A stretch of 64,000 nt of DNA from an uncultured Nitrospiraceae bacterium (GTDB lineage Bacteria > Nitrospirota > Thermodesulfovibrionia > Thermodesulfovibrionales > SM23-35), in the NCBI GenBank assembly GCA_963727775.1, contig CAVSHB010000003.1:256001-320000 (forward strand), given 5' to 3'. A model generated the notes under the pieces. The model was not told the DNA's origin. It saw only the letters and a list, made by a program, of their open reading frames with translations, and searched no databases. How positions within the stretch are numbered: position 1 is the stretch's first letter; the number at the start of each line of letters is the position of its first letter. Shown here piece by piece: positions 60,718 to 64,000 of the stretch. The translations under genes were made by a program, and so were the position numbers.

Positions 60718-61980
60718 ATGTATTTTCTTTATAGCCTCATATATATAGTCGTGCTGCTTTTTATATTTCCGTTCGAGTATTTAAAAAGACCAAAAGAGAT
60801 CAGAAAAAGATGGCTGAGGGAAAAATTCGGGCTTCTCGATTCACTGATTACACCCCGATATTCATCTTCCGTCTGGGTCCATGCCGTGTCGGTCGGAGAA
60901 GTGACGGCAGCGCTGCCATTGTTAAAAAATCTGAAGGAGCGGTATCCGGCAAAAGCTATTGTCTTTTCAACGATCACCGACTCCGGACAAAAGGTGGCAA
61001 GTGACAGAGCGCCTGAAGGCACAAAGATCGTTTACCTTCCATTTGATATTGCACCAATCATTCAATCTGTCCTTAGGAAAACAAAGCCGGAAATTCTCAT
61101 TATAATCGAGACGGAATTATGGCCGAATTTGATAAAAGTATTCAGAGAAAACACGATACCTGTAATACTGCTGAACGGAAGGATATCTGAAAATTCATTT
61201 AACGGGTATAAGAGAATATCTTTTTTTATGAAAAGGGTTCTTTCCTATATAGACTTTTTCGGTATGCAGGGCGAAGAATATGCTGAAAGGATTAAAGAAC
61301 TTGGTGTCCGGGGAGATAGGACCATGAATTTGGGAAATTTTAAATTTGATACGAGACCTACCGCGCAGATACCGGGATGGACAGGACACATAAAAGGCCC
61401 TGTTATCACAGCAGGAAGCACACATGAAGGAGAGGAAGAATTAATGGCCTCAATATACACCGAACTGAAAAAAGATTTTCCTGATCTGAATCTCATAATC
61501 GCCCCCAGACATCCTGAGAGGTTTAAAGCGGTAGAAGATATGCTCTCGTCGAAAGGTCTGATTTTTATTAAACGTTCAGGCATCGGCGCAGAGTCTGCCG
61601 GGGTGAAAAGGGTAAACGGAGAAATAATTCTTCTCGATACCATCGGTGAGCTATCCGCTGTTTATGGCATATCCGATATTACAGTCATCGGCAAAAGCTT
61701 TATGGGCCGTGGAGGTCAGAATCCGTTGGAACCGGCGTATTGGGGAAAAACCATTGTGTGCGGCCCGCACATGGAGAACTTCCCGGTAATCAAGGACTTC
61801 TATAATGCAGGCGCGGCCTTTGAAGTAAATGAGGCAAAGCTTTATTCAAAACTGAGAGAACTTCTGGCTTCTCCTGAAAAAGCAAAAGAAGCGGGATCAA
61901 AGGCAAAGGAATTATACGGGAAAAATTCCGGCGCTGTCAAAAGGGCGATTGAGATCATCGGAAGATACATCTCTCAGTAG
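60718..61980 (+). CDS. waaA: Kdo transferase
   Basis: WVHAVSVGEV, ETELWPN, APRHPERF, GGQNPLEPA. Confidence 0.95.
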   Translation: MYFLYSLIYIVVLLFIFPFEYLKRPKEIRKRWLREKFGLLDSLITPRYSSSVWVHAVSVGEVTAALPLLKNLKERYPAKAIVFSTITDSGQKVASDRAPEGTKIVYLPFDIAPIIQSVLRKTKPEILIIIETELWPNLIKVFRENTIPVILLNGRISENSFNGYKRISFFMKRVLSYIDFFGMQGEEYAERIKELGVRGDRTMNLGNFKFDTRPTAQIPGWTGHIKGPVITAGSTHEGEEELMASIYTELKKDFPDLNLIIAPRHPERFKAVEDMLSSKGLIFIKRSGIGAESAGVKRVNGEIILLDTIGELSAVYGISDITVIGKSFMGRGGQNPLEPAYWGKTIVCGPHMENFPVIKDFYNAGAAFEVNEAKLYSKLRELLASPEKAKEAGSKAKELYGKNSGAVKRAIEIIGRYISQ

Positions 61981-62001
61981 CGAATTTTCTTAACCTGGAG
62001 A

Positions 62002-62928
62002 ATGCATTTGATGAAATACCTGATTATTCTTTCCTTACTCCTGCATGCCGTTTTTTTCCCGCATACCGCTCATGCCCGCTTAGAAGAAATTCGGACAAAT
62101 GATGCGGTAGTATCCTTTGACCATACTGCCGGGACCGCAGCCGCAATGCTTCTGGAGATATATCCGGGTATCAAATCTGACCTCGCTGCAACACTCGGGT
62201 GGAAAGTGGATTTCAGGCCTGAGATCCGTCTCATCAAAGACAGGGACACCATGAAAAGAACAGCCGGCAATGATCTGTCCGTTGCTCTTGCAATCCCTGA
62301 TCGCAATCTTATCCTTCTCGATACCTCACGGGTGTATGATAAGCCTTTTTCATTAAAGACAGCTCTCCGACATGAGGTATGTCATCTCCTTCTGCACCGC
62401 AATATCAGGAATGAGGACCTGCCAAGGTGGTTTGATGAAGGGGTCTGCCAGTGGGCGAGCGGAGGCATTGCCGAGATAATGACGGACAGCGGGGATGATC
62501 TGCTTTCAAAGGCCGTTATATCCGGCAAGCTCATAAGCATCGATGAACTCAGCAGATTTCCGTCTGATCAATGGCCTCTCCTCCTTGCATATGAAGAGAG
62601 TAAAAGCCTCGTGGAATATATCGTAGAAAAATACGGGAAATCAGGAATGCTGCGGCTGCTCAAATTCTTGAAAGAAGGGCATTCAATGGAAGAATCCTTT
62701 AGGGAAGTACTCTCTGTTTCTCCTTATGAGCTTGAAATAAATTGGCGGGCTTCTCTTAAAACAAAATATACAAGGTTTTCTTATTTGAGCCGGAACCTAT
62801 ATGAAATACTTTTTTCAGTCGCGGCGCTGCTCACTGTTTACGGCTTCTTCAGGATGCTGAAGAAAAAAAGGGAATATGTGGATAATGAAGAGGACGATGT
62901 GAGTAATGGCAAAACCGGCAGAGAGTAA
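62002..62928 (+). CDS. Peptidase MA-family membrane-anchored metalloprotein
   Basis: HEVCH, PRWFDEG, C-terminal TM helix. Confidence 0.8.
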   Translation: MHLMKYLIILSLLLHAVFFPHTAHARLEEIRTNDAVVSFDHTAGTAAAMLLEIYPGIKSDLAATLGWKVDFRPEIRLIKDRDTMKRTAGNDLSVALAIPDRNLILLDTSRVYDKPFSLKTALRHEVCHLLLHRNIRNEDLPRWFDEGVCQWASGGIAEIMTDSGDDLLSKAVISGKLISIDELSRFPSDQWPLLLAYEESKSLVEYIVEKYGKSGMLRLLKFLKEGHSMEESFREVLSVSPYELEINWRASLKTKYTRFSYLSRNLYEILFSVAALLTVYGFFRMLKKKREYVDNEEDDVSNGKTGRE

Positions 62929-63014
62929 AATTTATTCCTGGAAAAAAGTATAATGAAAGGGCCAAGAAAGTAGTTTTATAGTTTAGATGTGTTTAAAAGC
63001 GACCTTATCGGATT

Positions 63015-63455
63015 ATGAAATATCTCACAAAAATAAAGGACTTTGTAGTCAGATTCAGCAAGAAGGGGCTGTCCCCGCATGAGATTGCCGCCGGCATAGC
63101 ACTCGGTAATTTCATCGGGTGTATTCCGGTAATGGGGACGCACACAATAATCGCTATTGGGTTTGCATATATCCTGAGGCTCAACACATTGGTTGTCCTG
63201 CTCGGCACACAGATATCAAATCCCTTATCCTACCCTTTTCAGCTTTTTGTCAGTGCTGAGGTCGGAAATCTTATACTGAAGGGTAGTTTTCTTGAGATCA
63301 AGGGTTCACGGGAGATAAGCTTTCTTATTAATCACTATTTAAGGCCAATTCTCGTGGGCAGTCTTGCGCTCGGGACTGTTATATCCGTACTTTCTTATAT
63401 TCTTGTAAAAGGTTTCCTCAACAGAAGGCAGCGCTTAAAACAGGAGGGTATCTGA
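63015..63455 (+). CDS. DUF2062 membrane protein
   Basis: SPHEIAAGIALG..IP..GTH, ISNP. Confidence 0.8.
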   Translation: MKYLTKIKDFVVRFSKKGLSPHEIAAGIALGNFIGCIPVMGTHTIIAIGFAYILRLNTLVVLLGTQISNPLSYPFQLFVSAEVGNLILKGSFLEIKGSREISFLINHYLRPILVGSLALGTVISVLSYILVKGFLNRRQRLKQEGI

Positions 63456-63479
63456 GGGAAGATACTAACCAAGGATAAT

Positions 63480-64000
63480 ATGACACCTCCTGAATTTCTC
63501 TATTATCTCGGCTATTCAATCAAAAAGCGCTATGTAACGGGGAACCTGCAGAGACTCCCGAACAAAGTTGTAAGCATAGGGAATATAACATGCGGCGGCA
63601 CCGGCAAGACGCCTGCGGCAATAGCCCTGGCAAATGAAGCGAAGAAAAGGGGCTTTCGCCCGTGTGTTTTAACAAGGGGATACAGGGGAAAAGCCAAGAG
63701 CCCCTGTTTCGTAAGCATGGGAGAAGGCCCGTTGCTGGATGAATATCAGGCAGGAGATGAGGCCTTGCTTTTAGCGGAAAAATTAAAGGGAATTCCCGTG
63801 GTAAAGGGAAAAAACCGTTATGAAGCGGGCATGTTCGCGCTCCGCTCCCTGCTCCCGGACCTCCGTCCCGACCTTTTTATACTCGATGACGGCTTCCAGC
63901 ATTGGAGTCTTCACAGAGACAAGGACATTCTGCTTATAGATAGTCTAAGCCCGTTTGGAAACAGGAGGCTATTGCCTCTGGGCCCATTGAGAGAGCCCCT
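63480..64000 (+). CDS. lpxK: Tetraacyldisaccharide 4'-kinase (runs off window)
   Basis: VVSIGNITCGGTGKTP, LTRGY, GDEA, LDDGFQH, PLGPLREP. Confidence 0.93.
   Translation, partial: MTPPEFLYYLGYSIKKRYVTGNLQRLPNKVVSIGNITCGGTGKTPAAIALANEAKKRGFRPCVLTRGYRGKAKSPCFVSMGEGPLLDEYQAGDEALLLAEKLKGIPVVKGKNRYEAGMFALRSLLPDLRPDLFILDDGFQHWSLHRDKDILLIDSLSPFGNRRLLPLGPLREP

Noticed and set aside
1..64000. CRISPR array, cas genes, rRNA or phage structural genes
   Set aside because: No regularly spaced repeats or recognisable motifs seen

Overview
Bacterial chromosomal window, probably from a Gram-negative anaerobe (gene content suggests Nitrospirota/Thermodesulfovibrionia; this is inference). It has two parts. The first, 1 to about 38.6 kb, is an accessory, IS-rich and partly decayed region. 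It holds the 3' end of a group II intron and a five-gene LexA/UmuD-like + DinB + UvrD + DUF72 + small Cys-protein damage/mutagenesis operon with its own promoter and operator. It also carries pal, three tandem Lpp/OprI-like lipoproteins of graded length (one missed by the ORF track), two paralogous ORFs ending HSG(L/P)SPPxV upstream of the lipoprotein genes, two VapBC-type toxin-antitoxin pairs and ion transporters. Mobile DNA includes a three-ORF IS21-like element, three IS1380 copies, one IS1634 and a 7 kb integrative element (integrase, xis, Rep_trans-like rolling-circle initiator) inserted in tRNA-Sec, which restores the tRNA 5' half and its promoter. The second part, about 38.6 kb to the end, is housekeeping: usp, MFS, pit, aroBK, mnmA, bioW, zapAB, slt, tRNA-Cys/Gly, trpEGD, gnnAB-like genes, lpxB, waaA and partial lpxK. 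All calls come from motif reading by eye; no database searches were run.
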